Positions 46,656 to 56,464 of a stretch of 64,000 nt of DNA are shown piece by piece; the first letter of the stretch is position 1; the number at the start of each line of letters is the position of its first letter. The position numbers and the translations under genes are program-made. Source of the stretch: Candidatus Omnitrophota bacterium (GTDB lineage: Bacteria > Omnitrophota > Gorgyraeia > 2-01-FULL-45-10); NCBI GenBank assembly GCA_903843285.1, contig CAIMPC010000007.1, forward strand, positions 28,730-92,729, read 5' to 3'. Below the pieces are notes generated by a model that was not told where the DNA came from, made no database searches, and saw only the letters and a list, made by a program, of their open reading frames with translations.

Positions 46656-48389
46656 ATGAAAAAGATCAAACAGAACCTGGCTTTATTATCCATAATCATT
46701 TCCGCCTTAGCGATCAGGCTGTACTCAATCTATGCCAATCTTCCTCTTATGTATTGGCACGATGAGAACAATTATATCGATAACGCTCTTCGTTTCGGCA
46801 CGGGAAACCTTGAATTAATAACCTTAACGCATGGCGCCCTGTATCAAATCGTCCTGTTTTTAGGATATTCGGGCTATTATGTTTTCGGAAAGATTGCGGG
46901 TTTTTTCCATTCTCCGATCGATCTATATTTGGGATACCTGAAGGATCCGACCAGTTTATTTCTGATAGCAAGAGGTATTACCGTTATATGCGGTGTCGGA
47001 ACCGTATACCTGACTTATCTGGTAGGAAGAAAGATCTATGGCAGAAATATCGGCCTCGCAGCCGGACTTTTCGCCGGGTTCTCCTTATTGATGGTTCAGA
47101 TGTCTTCTCTGGCGCTAGCGGATGTGCCATCAGTATTTATTTTAATGTTATCCTTCATATCTATCGTATACAGCATTGAAAAGCCGGGAGAGGTTAGGTT
47201 CTATTATGCCGCGGCAGTTCTCATCGGCCTGGCCGCCGCATGCAAATATTTCACCGTATTCGGCATTGCTCCGTTATATGTAGCTGCATTTATCAAGGGT
47301 CAGCATCTCGAGCACAGGGCAAAAGGTATCTTACGGCTCATAATGTGCGGCTCTTTTTTCGTATTTCTAGGCTCTTTTATAGGCATGCCTTTCTTTTTAT
47401 TGAATCTGGATAGATTTTACCAGGAGGCGATCCTTAGTAATAGCGGCGCGTATATTCTTACAAATACAAATGAAAACATCTGGCTCTTTTATTTCACCAA
47501 TCACATACGAAATGGCTTAGGCGTGCCGCTCGGAATTTTATCAGTATGCGGTATCCTTTATGCTATGTATAAGCGTTCAAAATGGGATATACTTCTTGTC
47601 TCCACTCCGATCGCGCATTACATCCTTTTCATGCATTCTACCGGATTTGCGTATCACCTGCTTCCGGTAATACCCTTTATGTTCATCCTGTCGGCAAGGC
47701 TCCTATATTCCGTTATTAATAAATTATTTCCAAAATTTGTGACGCCTGTATTTGTATGCGCTTGTATAATGATCGTTATTCCGACAGCTTGCGATTCGGT
47801 GAAGTTCATGAAAGTGATCTCCGGCCCGGACACCAGAACCATAGCGAAGGTCTGGATAGAGAAGAATATTCCGGCGGGCGCAGAAATACTCGAAGAAGGC
47901 TATATCTCCGCTATTCCGATACACGGGCCGGTGCTGACGGATAATTTGAAAACCCTCAGAAGGGACCTTGACTCCGCGGTCTTGGCAGGCGGGAGCGGTA
48001 TTCCATTAAAGATGAGAATGGAGAACTTCGACCGGCTGTATGCCGGGAGTAAGTTATATGATATGTTTAAGAAGTACGCGATATCGGCTGATGAGGCAAA
48101 AAGCACCAGCGCCTCGTATATCATAATATCGGGTGATAATGATAATCCTACTGGGCCCGAATTCAATTATTCTATGCCAAAAAATTATTATGAAGAGCGT
48201 GAAAAAATGATGAATATTGTCCTTTCGCGATATGAGCTTATCAAGTCATTTGCGCCTTCTTACCAAATGACGGCGTGGGTGCCTCACATGTCGGACCTGG
48301 ACTATGTTGCGCTGAGATCTGTGAAATGGGACAATCTTAAAGATTACATAAAAGGTCCCAGGATAGATGTCTTTAAACTAAGAGGGTGA
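46656..48389 (+). CDS. GT-C glycosyltransferase, PMT_2/ArnT-like, with C-terminal soluble domain
   Basis: 577 aa. N-terminal polytopic region with LAIRLYSI...YWHDENNY (acidic periplasmic-loop motif) and RGITVICGVGTVYLTYLVGRKIYG, typical of GT39/GT83. ~200-aa hydrophilic C-terminal domain. Confidence 0.65.
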   Translation: MKKIKQNLALLSIIISALAIRLYSIYANLPLMYWHDENNYIDNALRFGTGNLELITLTHGALYQIVLFLGYSGYYVFGKIAGFFHSPIDLYLGYLKDPTSLFLIARGITVICGVGTVYLTYLVGRKIYGRNIGLAAGLFAGFSLLMVQMSSLALADVPSVFILMLSFISIVYSIEKPGEVRFYYAAAVLIGLAAACKYFTVFGIAPLYVAAFIKGQHLEHRAKGILRLIMCGSFFVFLGSFIGMPFFLLNLDRFYQEAILSNSGAYILTNTNENIWLFYFTNHIRNGLGVPLGILSVCGILYAMYKRSKWDILLVSTPIAHYILFMHSTGFAYHLLPVIPFMFILSARLLYSVINKLFPKFVTPVFVCACIMIVIPTACDSVKFMKVISGPDTRTIAKVWIEKNIPAGAEILEEGYISAIPIHGPVLTDNLKTLRRDLDSAVLAGGSGIPLKMRMENFDRLYAGSKLYDMFKKYAISADEAKSTSASYIIISGDNDNPTGPEFNYSMPKNYYEEREKMMNIVLSRYELIKSFAPSYQMTAWVPHMSDLDYVALRSVKWDNLKDYIKGPRIDVFKLRG

Positions 48390-49879
48390 AGCGCATTATG
48401 AAGGTAACCCTGATATACCCTTTGCTTTCCAGAAAGCGCGCGAGGGTAGACGAAAATAAGCAGTTCTGGCCGCCGCTCGGGTTGGCCTATATAGCCGCTG
48501 TACTTGAAAAGGAGTCCCATAATGTCGAAATAATAGATAGGGACTTATCATTACGCAAGAATGGCCTTGATTTCGATAAGACAGACCTGGATACGCTGGA
48601 GCATATAAGATCTTTTAATTCGGAAATTGTCGGGATCAGCGTTACTACTCCAAACATGCCGGACGTTATTCATATTTCGAATCTTATTAAGCAATATTTC
48701 CCGAATATAGCAGTAGTCGTAGGCGGCCCCCATGTTTCAGGTGAGCCGCTTCTTACTCTTAAAGAAGCGGGATCTGTAGATGTTGCGGTCGGGGGCGAAG
48801 GGGAATTGACTATGTTGGAACTTGCCTCCGGTAAAAGCTGTTCTTCCATAAGCGGTATAATCTATAGAAAAGACGGGGGTATTATCACTAATCCCGACAG
48901 GCCGCTTATTGCCGATATTGACACGCTTCCTTTGCCGGCAAGGCATCTACTGGATATGAAATCTTACACAAGGCCGTCCAGGTTCACGAGCCGGAACCTT
49001 AATCTAAGGACAACATCGATCTTTACGGCCAGGGGTTGTCCTTACAGGTGCAATTTTTGCGCCGGTCCTTTGGTATTCAAAGGTAAAGTCCGTTTTCATT
49101 CCATGGATCGTGTGGCAAAGGAGATAGAGGAACTAATATCGAAATATGACATAGAGGCGCTCTATTTCGCCGAGGATATGTTTTTGAGCTCCAGGAAAAG
49201 GGCGGAGGAGCTGCTCGGACTTTTCGTCGAAAAAGGAATATCCAAAAGAATAAAATGGATAGCGCAGGCTAAGGCAAGTATCGTCACGGAAGATCTGCTA
49301 CGCCTCATGAAAGAGGCGGGATGCGTCGGCGTGGAATACGGTTTTGAGTCCGGATCGCAGAGGGTCCTTGATCTAATGAACAAGAAGCAGAAGATAGAGG
49401 AGAGTTTAAGGGCGGCTCAGCTGACGAGGAAGGCGCATCTGCGGTTCCAGGCGAATATCATAACCGGCTATCCGGGCGAAACTGCCGAGGATTTCAGGCA
49501 AACACTTAAGTTTATAAAAACAATTCGTCCGAACATGATAGGCTTTAATATCTTCATGCCGTTGCCGGGCACTCCGAGCTACGAGCAGTTGAAGCGTGAG
49601 GGAAAACCCCTACCCAATTGGGAAGACGTCGGAGACCAGGAGGCTTCTCAGGCCAGTTATGCTGATATGCCGGAGGGCATGTTTGAAAGGCTCTATCTCG
49701 AGGCCAGGCTTAAAGTCATATTACCGATAAATCTTAAAAATTTCATTAAGGATAACGCTAAGCATCCTCTAAGGCTTATCAGTATTGCGCTTACTCAGTT
49801 CAGCGGTGTTCTTGTCAAAGCAGTGCGTATGAGCGTAAGGCTTATCTTCATGAATAAGAAGGCGAAAGACCCTGCATGA
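48386..49879 (+). CDS. B12-binding-domain radical SAM enzyme (paralog 4)
   Basis: B12-binding-like N-domain (VVVGGPHVSG, AVGGEGELT). DIDTLPLPARHLL. CxxxCxxC in TARGCPYRCNFCAG. Alternative start at 48398. ATGA overlap with the upstream gene. Confidence 0.8.
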   Translation: MKRIMKVTLIYPLLSRKRARVDENKQFWPPLGLAYIAAVLEKESHNVEIIDRDLSLRKNGLDFDKTDLDTLEHIRSFNSEIVGISVTTPNMPDVIHISNLIKQYFPNIAVVVGGPHVSGEPLLTLKEAGSVDVAVGGEGELTMLELASGKSCSSISGIIYRKDGGIITNPDRPLIADIDTLPLPARHLLDMKSYTRPSRFTSRNLNLRTTSIFTARGCPYRCNFCAGPLVFKGKVRFHSMDRVAKEIEELISKYDIEALYFAEDMFLSSRKRAEELLGLFVEKGISKRIKWIAQAKASIVTEDLLRLMKEAGCVGVEYGFESGSQRVLDLMNKKQKIEESLRAAQLTRKAHLRFQANIITGYPGETAEDFRQTLKFIKTIRPNMIGFNIFMPLPGTPSYEQLKREGKPLPNWEDVGDQEASQASYADMPEGMFERLYLEARLKVILPINLKNFIKDNAKHPLRLISIALTQFSGVLVKAVRMSVRLIFMNKKAKDPA

Positions 49880-51111
49880 AAGTGCTATTCTTATCATATA
49901 ACGGCTTGCTTGAGCCGATCTTGCCCTCTCAAGCCTTACCTTATTTGAAAGGTCTGACCGGTTCGGACTATGAATTTATACTCCTGACTTATGAAAAGAA
50001 AAAAGATCTCGACAGGGTAGGTGCCGCCGCTATCAAAGAATTAAAAGAAGGCCTTAAGCAAGACGGTATCGAATGGTATCATTTGCGGTATCATAAGAGC
50101 CCACCCGTATTATCCACAATATTCGATCTGATAGTCGGAAGTCTGAAAACATTTTTTTTAATAAAATCCGCTCACGTTAAGATAGTGCATGTCAGGGGTG
50201 TAACTCCTGGTGTTATCATGATCATGCTTTCGAAACTGCTTCGGGTTAAGATTCTTTTTGATATGAGAGGGCTCCTCGCTGAGGAGTATGTCGGAGGAGG
50301 CATGTGGAAAACGGACAGCCTTCAGTTCAGACTCGTGAAGAGAGCTGAAAAAAAGCTTCTTACCATTGCGGATGCTGTCACGGTCCTTACTCAAAAACAT
50401 TTCGATCTTAATAGATCTCTCGATTATCTGGAGAAGCGAAATATTCCCATGGAAGTCATACCGTGCTGTGTCGATACGACAAAGTTCGATTACGAAGAAA
50501 GTTCCGGGATCGGCCTAAGGGATAGCATTGGACTAAAGAATAAATTTGTTTTAATGTATCCCGGCAAACTGGGGTCATTTTATTATATCGATGAGATGAT
50601 AGCTTTTTTCGGCAGTATGATAAAGATGATCCCTGAAGCGGTATTATTTGTAGTGACTAATGATGACCCGAAAATCGTAATAGACAGAACGGAAGCCTTA
50701 AATATCCCGAAAGATAAGGTATTTATAAAGACAAACGTAGCATTTGATAAAATGCCGTCTTATATGCGCCTCGCAGACACTGGGATATTTTTCATCAATC
50801 CGTATAATAAGTTCGGGTCTTCGCCGATAAAGATGGGTGAGTTTTTGGCTTCAGGGGTGCCGGTCATTATTAATCCGGGCGTCGGAGACACTGAAGAGCT
50901 GGTGCGCGTAAATCGCGTAGGGGTGGTTGTAAATAAATTTGATGAGAAAGATTTCAAGCTCGCGGTAGACGAATTACTGAACTTAAAAAAAGAAGGGGAG
51001 AATTTACGCGCTCGCTGCAGAGATACGGCCAAGAAGCATCTTTCAAAAGACGAAGCGATAATTAAATATGCTGAGATATACAAAGTATTATCATCAGCGG
51101 AATCGCAATAA
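49876..51111 (+). CDS. GT4-family (GT-B) glycosyltransferase
   Basis: C-terminal group-1 glycosyltransferase signature GEFLASGVPVIINPGVGDTEELV with conserved Glu pair. 411 aa. Confidence 0.7.
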   Translation: MKVLFLSYNGLLEPILPSQALPYLKGLTGSDYEFILLTYEKKKDLDRVGAAAIKELKEGLKQDGIEWYHLRYHKSPPVLSTIFDLIVGSLKTFFLIKSAHVKIVHVRGVTPGVIMIMLSKLLRVKILFDMRGLLAEEYVGGGMWKTDSLQFRLVKRAEKKLLTIADAVTVLTQKHFDLNRSLDYLEKRNIPMEVIPCCVDTTKFDYEESSGIGLRDSIGLKNKFVLMYPGKLGSFYYIDEMIAFFGSMIKMIPEAVLFVVTNDDPKIVIDRTEALNIPKDKVFIKTNVAFDKMPSYMRLADTGIFFINPYNKFGSSPIKMGEFLASGVPVIINPGVGDTEELVRVNRVGVVVNKFDEKDFKLAVDELLNLKKEGENLRARCRDTAKKHLSKDEAIIKYAEIYKVLSSAESQ

Positions 51112-51153
51112 ACATAGTTAAAGCCGAAGCATTTTTACATGAAAAGGAGCGAT

Positions 51154-51888
51154 ATGAAACGAATATACGGCTGGATTCCGGATATACCTGATAGGAGGGA
51201 TCTGTTATATAAGGCCATAAGGCCTGTTATGCGTCTGCCGGACAAAGTTGACTTAAGGACCGGTTGTTCAGCTATAGAGAATCAGGGCAGCCTTGGAAGC
51301 TGTACCGCTCAGGCGCTGGCAGGGAATCTCGAATACCTGGACAACATTATAGATTCTGAGTATACAGATGTAAGCCGATTGTTCATATATTACAATGAAC
51401 GCCTGCTCTCCGGTGATGTATCATACGACTCCGGAGCATATCTGCGGGACGGTATTAAGACATTAAAGAACTATGGATCCTGCTCCGAAGATATGTGGCC
51501 TTACGTGGTCAAGCGATTTGCCGTGAAGCCGCCGGCCGCGTGTTATTCCGATGCTAAGAACCATATTATTGTGTCCTATCACAGGATCGATACACTTTCC
51601 GAGATGCTCACCTGCCTTGCGGAGGGGTATCCGTTCGTTTTCGGTTTCTCCATATATGATAGTTTTGAGTCAGATACTGTAAAACGGACAGGTATAGTGA
51701 ATATGCCAAAGAAAAGCGAGAGCATGATAGGCGGTCACGCGGTAATGGCCGTGGGCTACGATAAGACGAAGAAACGCTTTTTGGTACGTAACTCCTGGGG
51801 TGAAGATTGGGGTATGGATGGATATTTCACAATGCCGTTCACATATCTCGAAGAGCTCGCCGCGGATTTCTGGACAATACGAAAGTAA
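51154..51888 (+). CDS. Papain-like cysteine peptidase (family C1), apparently cytoplasmic
   Basis: The track ORF starts at 51139. ATG at 51154 with AAGGAG RBS. Gln oxyanion ENQG. Cys in GSCTAQALAG. His in IGGHAVMAVGYD. Asn/Trp in NSWGEDWGMDGY. The full C1 catalytic set is conserved. Confidence 0.75.
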   Translation: MKRIYGWIPDIPDRRDLLYKAIRPVMRLPDKVDLRTGCSAIENQGSLGSCTAQALAGNLEYLDNIIDSEYTDVSRLFIYYNERLLSGDVSYDSGAYLRDGIKTLKNYGSCSEDMWPYVVKRFAVKPPAACYSDAKNHIIVSYHRIDTLSEMLTCLAEGYPFVFGFSIYDSFESDTVKRTGIVNMPKKSESMIGGHAVMAVGYDKTKKRFLVRNSWGEDWGMDGYFTMPFTYLEELAADFWTIRK

Positions 51889-51894
51889 AAGAGA

Positions 51895-52626
51895 ATGAGT
51901 CGTAACATAAGACGGGTATTATTATCACTGATCGTGCTAGCGGCAGTTATATGGGTAGCGAATCTTCCCACGTCTATTCATGTCGGTGTGAACGGATATT
52001 TCAGGCAGATACATATGCCGCTCTATGTAAAGTGGACGCAGTTTTTGGCCCGACACTATGAGTACGAAAGACTTGCAAGGCAGATAACGGCTGGTTGCAG
52101 GACTGAAGAAGAGAAGGTGCTCGCTATACTTAGATGGACCAAGAGTAATTTGAGAAATGTGCCGGCGGGCATGCCGGTATGTGATGACCACACTCTATAC
52201 ATAATTATAAGAGGTTATGGCATGCCGGGGCAGTTTCAGGACATATTTACAACATTGTGCGCGTATGCCGGGCTACCGGCTTTTTTTGGAAAAGCGTACG
52301 ACAGACAGCATAATAACAAGTATAACCTTTCTTTCGTTAAGCTGCATGGGAAATGGCGGGTCTTCGATGCCTATTATGGGAAATATTTTAAGAGCAGTAA
52401 CGGCGATATAGCAGCAGTGGAAGATATTCTCAAAGATCATTCTCTGATAAAGGGTAATGGCGTGGATGCTATCGTAATCAACGGTATTCCCTATTCAGAT
52501 TTTTACTATACTCTAGATTTGAGCACAGCTAGAAACGGGTCGACTCTTCGCCCGTATAGGCAGATGCCGTTTCAGCGGATATTGTATGAGATCAAAAAGG
52601 CATTTAAAATAGAGAAAGATGAATAA
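51895..52626 (+). CDS. Membrane-anchored transglutaminase-like (Cys-His-Asp) domain protein
   Basis: N-terminal TM helix (VLLSLIVLAAVIWVANL). TGase-like core: Cys in FTTLCAYAGLPAFF, His in FVKLHGKWRVFDAYYG, then Asp. 243 aa. Confidence 0.45.
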   Translation: MSRNIRRVLLSLIVLAAVIWVANLPTSIHVGVNGYFRQIHMPLYVKWTQFLARHYEYERLARQITAGCRTEEEKVLAILRWTKSNLRNVPAGMPVCDDHTLYIIIRGYGMPGQFQDIFTTLCAYAGLPAFFGKAYDRQHNNKYNLSFVKLHGKWRVFDAYYGKYFKSSNGDIAAVEDILKDHSLIKGNGVDAIVINGIPYSDFYYTLDLSTARNGSTLRPYRQMPFQRILYEIKKAFKIEKDE

Positions 52627-52708
52627 AATTACCGCTCAGGCCGATTATACTTGCGAATATTGCCTATTCCGAAGACATATGCAATAATATAACTCTAAGG
52701 AGACGCCA

Positions 52709-53713
52709 ATGTTGAACATAGGTATTGTAGGATACGGATATTGGGGGCCGAATATAGCGCGTAATTTTAGCGCTGTAGAAGGAGTTAAGGTTGCCGCAAT
52801 ATGCGACAATAGGCAGGATGCGTTAACCCGCGCGAAGAAGGCTCATCCGAATGTGGATATTTTTACGGACTATCGCGATATCACCAGGTCCAATAGTATC
52901 GACGTCGTTGCCATAGTAACGCCTGTTTCGACCCACTTTCAGCTTGCCAAAGATGCCCTTAAAAATGGCAAGCATATATTTGTGGAAAAACCGTTTACTG
53001 CAAACGTCATGGAGGCAACGAAGCTGATAGAGCTGGCCGATAAGAATAGCTTAAAGATCGCGGTTGATCACACGTTTCTGTTTACCGGAGCTGTTAAGAA
53101 GATAAAGGAGATGGTGGACGATCGTAAATTGGGAGAGCTTTACTACTACGATTCCACGAGGGTTAATTTGGGCCTCTTTCAGCATGATGTCAATGTTATA
53201 TGGGACCTGGCTCCTCATGATCTTTCAGTGATGGACTACGTAATTAAGGAGAAGCCGATTGCGATTACCGCGACCGGCATAGACCACTTTGGCAGAAACC
53301 TGGCAAATATAGCATATATAACGGTATATTTTAAGAGTAACCTTATTGCCCACTTTAATCTGAACTGGCTTTCGCCTGTCAAGATAAGGATGACGCTCAT
53401 TGGCGGAGAGAAGAGGATGCTTGTATGGAACGATCTGGAAACCGATGAGAAGATAAAGATTTATGATAAGGGCGTCAGCGTTAAAAATACGGAAAGCGTT
53501 TACAACCTTTTGGTTGAATACCGCTCAGGAGATATGTGGGCGCCTCGCGTGGATCATACTGAAGCGTTAAAATTGGAATTAGCATACTTCATCGATTGCA
53601 TCAATAAGAACAAGAATCCGATAAATGATGGTAAGGCCGGCCTCAGGATAGTGGAGATGCTAGAGGCATCTGATGCATCTCTAAGAGCGAAAGGTAAGCT
53701 TATAAAACTATGA
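52709..53713 (+). CDS. Gfo/Idh/MocA-family oxidoreductase, WbpB/WlbA-like (UDP-GlcNAcA 3-dehydrogenase candidate)
   Basis: N-terminal Rossmann IGIVGYGYWGPNIARNF. EKPF motif (HIFVEKPFT). 334 aa. Upstream region carries AAGGAGA RBS and an AT-rich putative promoter. Confidence 0.7.
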   Translation: MLNIGIVGYGYWGPNIARNFSAVEGVKVAAICDNRQDALTRAKKAHPNVDIFTDYRDITRSNSIDVVAIVTPVSTHFQLAKDALKNGKHIFVEKPFTANVMEATKLIELADKNSLKIAVDHTFLFTGAVKKIKEMVDDRKLGELYYYDSTRVNLGLFQHDVNVIWDLAPHDLSVMDYVIKEKPIAITATGIDHFGRNLANIAYITVYFKSNLIAHFNLNWLSPVKIRMTLIGGEKRMLVWNDLETDEKIKIYDKGVSVKNTESVYNLLVEYRSGDMWAPRVDHTEALKLELAYFIDCINKNKNPINDGKAGLRIVEMLEASDASLRAKGKLIKL

Positions 53714-54198
53714 ACAAATACCAGTGCATATCTGAAGATGTTAAATTAGGGAACAATTTAATTCTTTCGAAATTTATAAATCTATACGGCTGTAGCGTAG
53801 GTGATAACACTAAAGTTGGCGCCTTTGTTGAAGTGCAGAAGAATTCGCATATTGGCAAGAACTGTAAAATATCATCGCATACGTTTATATGCGAAGGCGT
53901 AACGATAAGTGATAATTGTTTTATAGGCCACGGGGTTATGTTCATTAACGATAACCATCCAAGGGCGGTGAATGCAAATGGCGGCCTGGAGTCCGAAAGC
54001 GACTGGGCCTCCAGGCTTGTCAGGACGCATATCGAGGATAATGTATCCATAGGCAGTAACGCGACCATCCTGGGTAACATCACTATCGGCCGCAATTCGG
54101 TTATCGGCGCAGGCAGCGTTGTTACCAAGAGTGTGGGGCCGGATCAGGTATGGGCCGGAAACCCCGCTAAGCCCATCAAGATGTCGCGCAAGAAATAG
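53710..54198 (+). CDS. Left-handed beta-helix (hexapeptide) N-acetyltransferase, WbpD/WlbB-like
   Basis: Hexapeptide repeats. C-terminal block RLVRTHIEDNVSIGSNATILGNITIGRNSVIGAGSVVTKSVGPDQVWAGNPAKPI is collinear with WbpD. ATGA overlap with the upstream gene. Confidence 0.7.
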   Translation: MNKYQCISEDVKLGNNLILSKFINLYGCSVGDNTKVGAFVEVQKNSHIGKNCKISSHTFICEGVTISDNCFIGHGVMFINDNHPRAVNANGGLESESDWASRLVRTHIEDNVSIGSNATILGNITIGRNSVIGAGSVVTKSVGPDQVWAGNPAKPIKMSRKK

Positions 54199-54206
54199 GA
54201 TCTAGT

Positions 54207-55217
54207 ATGCGCGCTATAAGATCAAAAAAAATCCGGGTTCTGGTGACCGGCGGAGCCGGCTTTATCGGTTCCCATTTGGTGGATGCTCTTATTGCTCACG
54301 GTTACTATGTGCGCGTTATAGATAATTTTATCAACGGCAAGCGTGAAAACATCGCGCATCATCTTTCCGCGGGGTCTTTAGAGTTATCTGCGGGAGATGT
54401 GACAAGTTCCCGGGATGTGAAAAAGGCCGTCAAGGATATGGACACGGTCTTTCATCTTGCATGTCTGGGAGTCAGACATTCGATAAAAGATCCATTCGAA
54501 AATCATAGGGTTAATGCCGAAGGCACGCTTAACGTCCTTCAAAAATCCCTGGAAGCCAGGATTAAGAAGTTGGTCTATTGTTCATCCTCAGAAGTTTATG
54601 GCACGGCAGAATATGTACCCATGGATGAGGCCCATCCAACAAAGCCGTGCACCGTTTACGGAGCTAGCAAGCTCGCCGGCGAGTCGTATGCCAGAGCTTA
54701 TTATAAAACCTATGGGTTGAATACGGTGATGTTGCGCCCCTTTAACACGTACGGGCCGAGATCTCACCATGAAGGGGACGCAGGAGAGGTTATCCCCAAA
54801 TCTATTGTGAGATCTTTAGGCGGGCGATCGATCCTAATATTCGGAGATGGATGGCAAACACGCGATTTTACGTATGTCGAGGATATGGCTAGGGCCATTA
54901 TAGCAGCTTCTTTATGCCCTAAGGCCATAGGCAAAACTCTTAATATAGGGAACGGTTCAGAAGTTTCTATAAATAAACTTACGGCTTCGATCTCAAAGAT
55001 TACGGGGAGGCCTCAGTCTGCTGTAAAGCATGGGCCTGGCAGGCCCGGCGATGTGCTGCGCTTATACTCGGATTCGTCCCTATTTCGTTCAATGACAGGC
55101 TGGTCGCCTCGTATATCGCTCGAGGAAGGTTTGAGGAAGACTACGGAATGGTTTGCGGCAAGACCCGCCGGCATATCATCGCTTTTACACCAGGAAAAAG
55201 GAATTAATTGGAGATGA
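54207..55217 (+). CDS. NAD-dependent epimerase/dehydratase (extended SDR; UDP-sugar 4-epimerase-like)
   Basis: [20 protein letters not shown] (YxxxK). SSEVYG. NTYGPR. Visibly higher GC than its neighbours. Confidence 0.72.
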   Translation: MRAIRSKKIRVLVTGGAGFIGSHLVDALIAHGYYVRVIDNFINGKRENIAHHLSAGSLELSAGDVTSSRDVKKAVKDMDTVFHLACLGVRHSIKDPFENHRVNAEGTLNVLQKSLEARIKKLVYCSSSEVYGTAEYVPMDEAHPTKPCTVYGASKLAGESYARAYYKTYGLNTVMLRPFNTYGPRSHHEGDAGEVIPKSIVRSLGGRSILIFGDGWQTRDFTYVEDMARAIIAASLCPKAIGKTLNIGNGSEVSINKLTASISKITGRPQSAVKHGPGRPGDVLRLYSDSSLFRSMTGWSPRISLEEGLRKTTEWFAARPAGISSLLHQEKGINWR

Positions 55218-56464
55218 AAAGGACCATTCCGATAGCCAGGCCGTTCATGGGAAAAGAAGAGTGCGCTGCAGCCAGTCGAGCGATACTCTCAGGCTGGGCG
55301 ACCCAAGGGCCTATGGTCAGACGCTTCGAGGAGATGTTTGCCTCCTATGTCGGTTCGACATACGCGTGCGCGGTATCGAGCTGCACTGCAGCTCTTCACG
55401 TTGCACTTATGTCGGTAGGCGTGAGGGCAGGCAATGTCGTATTGACCGTAAGCCATTCATTTATAGCAACCGCGAACGCCGTACGTCACTGCATGGCGGA
55501 ACCCGTCTTTATCGATATAGAGCCTGAAACTTATAATATGTCGCCTGACAGACTCGAAGAGCTCTTAATAGATAAGTGCGATAAGCGCGCCGGGAAGATC
55601 TATTATAAAAATGCCGGTTGGATAGCGGCAGGCGAGTCTCCGCTCGCCGTAGTCGATAGGCGTGGAAAATATTTTGGACGCGTGGGTGCTATTCTTGTGG
55701 TTCATCAGCTTGGGATGCCTTGTGACTTGGGGCGCATTCTGCCAATCGCGCGCAAGTTCGATATTCCGGTGGTGGAAGATGCTGCGTGTGCCATAGGAAG
55801 CGAAATATCTATGACTGCAGGCCGTTCATGGGAAAAGATCGGTAAACCGCATGGTGATATAGCATGCTTTAGCTTTCATCCCAGAAAAGTTATTACGACC
55901 GGTGACGGGGGGATGCTAACAACAAACGATCCCCGGCATGACCGGAATTTCCGATTATTGAGACAGCATGGCATGAGCGTATCGGACAGGGCGAGGCATC
56001 TGTCCAGGAATATAGCGGCTGAAGAATATTTAACTACGGGGTACAATTACAGGATGACGGATATTCAGGCCGCGGTTGGAATCGAACAATTGAATAGATT
56101 GAAAGGGATGATCGCTAAAAGAAGGTGCATTGCCTTAAGGTATAAAGAGAAGCTTTCCGGCATCCCGTGGCTTGGATTGCCAGTTGAGCCGGATTACGCC
56201 AGGACGAACTGGCAGAGCTATCCGGTAAGGATATTAAAGGGATCACCCTGCGGCCGAAACAGACTGATGCAGTATCTTCTGGACAATGGAATTTCCACCC
56301 GTATGGGCGTTATGAATGCGCATAGGCAGCCGCCGTATAGCAAACATCGTGAAGCTCTGCGACATTCGGAAGCGGCGCGTGGTTCGGTGCTGCTGCTGCC
56401 GATATATAACGGGTTGAAGGATGCAGAGATCAAAACAATAGCGAGGATTATTAAAGATGCCTGA
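55214..56464 (+). CDS. DegT-family aminotransferase, WbpE/WlbC-like, with ~40-aa insertion
   Basis: The track ORF starts at TTG 55208. ATG at 55214. SGWATQGP. FSFHPRKVITTGDGG (PLP Lys). YNYRMTDIQAAVGIEQL. Visibly GC-rich. Confidence 0.78.
   Translation: MKRTIPIARPFMGKEECAAASRAILSGWATQGPMVRRFEEMFASYVGSTYACAVSSCTAALHVALMSVGVRAGNVVLTVSHSFIATANAVRHCMAEPVFIDIEPETYNMSPDRLEELLIDKCDKRAGKIYYKNAGWIAAGESPLAVVDRRGKYFGRVGAILVVHQLGMPCDLGRILPIARKFDIPVVEDAACAIGSEISMTAGRSWEKIGKPHGDIACFSFHPRKVITTGDGGMLTTNDPRHDRNFRLLRQHGMSVSDRARHLSRNIAAEEYLTTGYNYRMTDIQAAVGIEQLNRLKGMIAKRRCIALRYKEKLSGIPWLGLPVEPDYARTNWQSYPVRILKGSPCGRNRLMQYLLDNGISTRMGVMNAHRQPPYSKHREALRHSEAARGSVLLLPIYNGLKDAEIKTIARIIKDA

Noticed and set aside
55153-55527. 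Plus-strand 124-aa ORF overlapping the 3' end of the SDR gene and the 5' end of the WbpE-like gene in another frame.
   Set aside because: It is Arg-rich and out of frame with two well-supported genes, so it is an overlapping-frame artefact.
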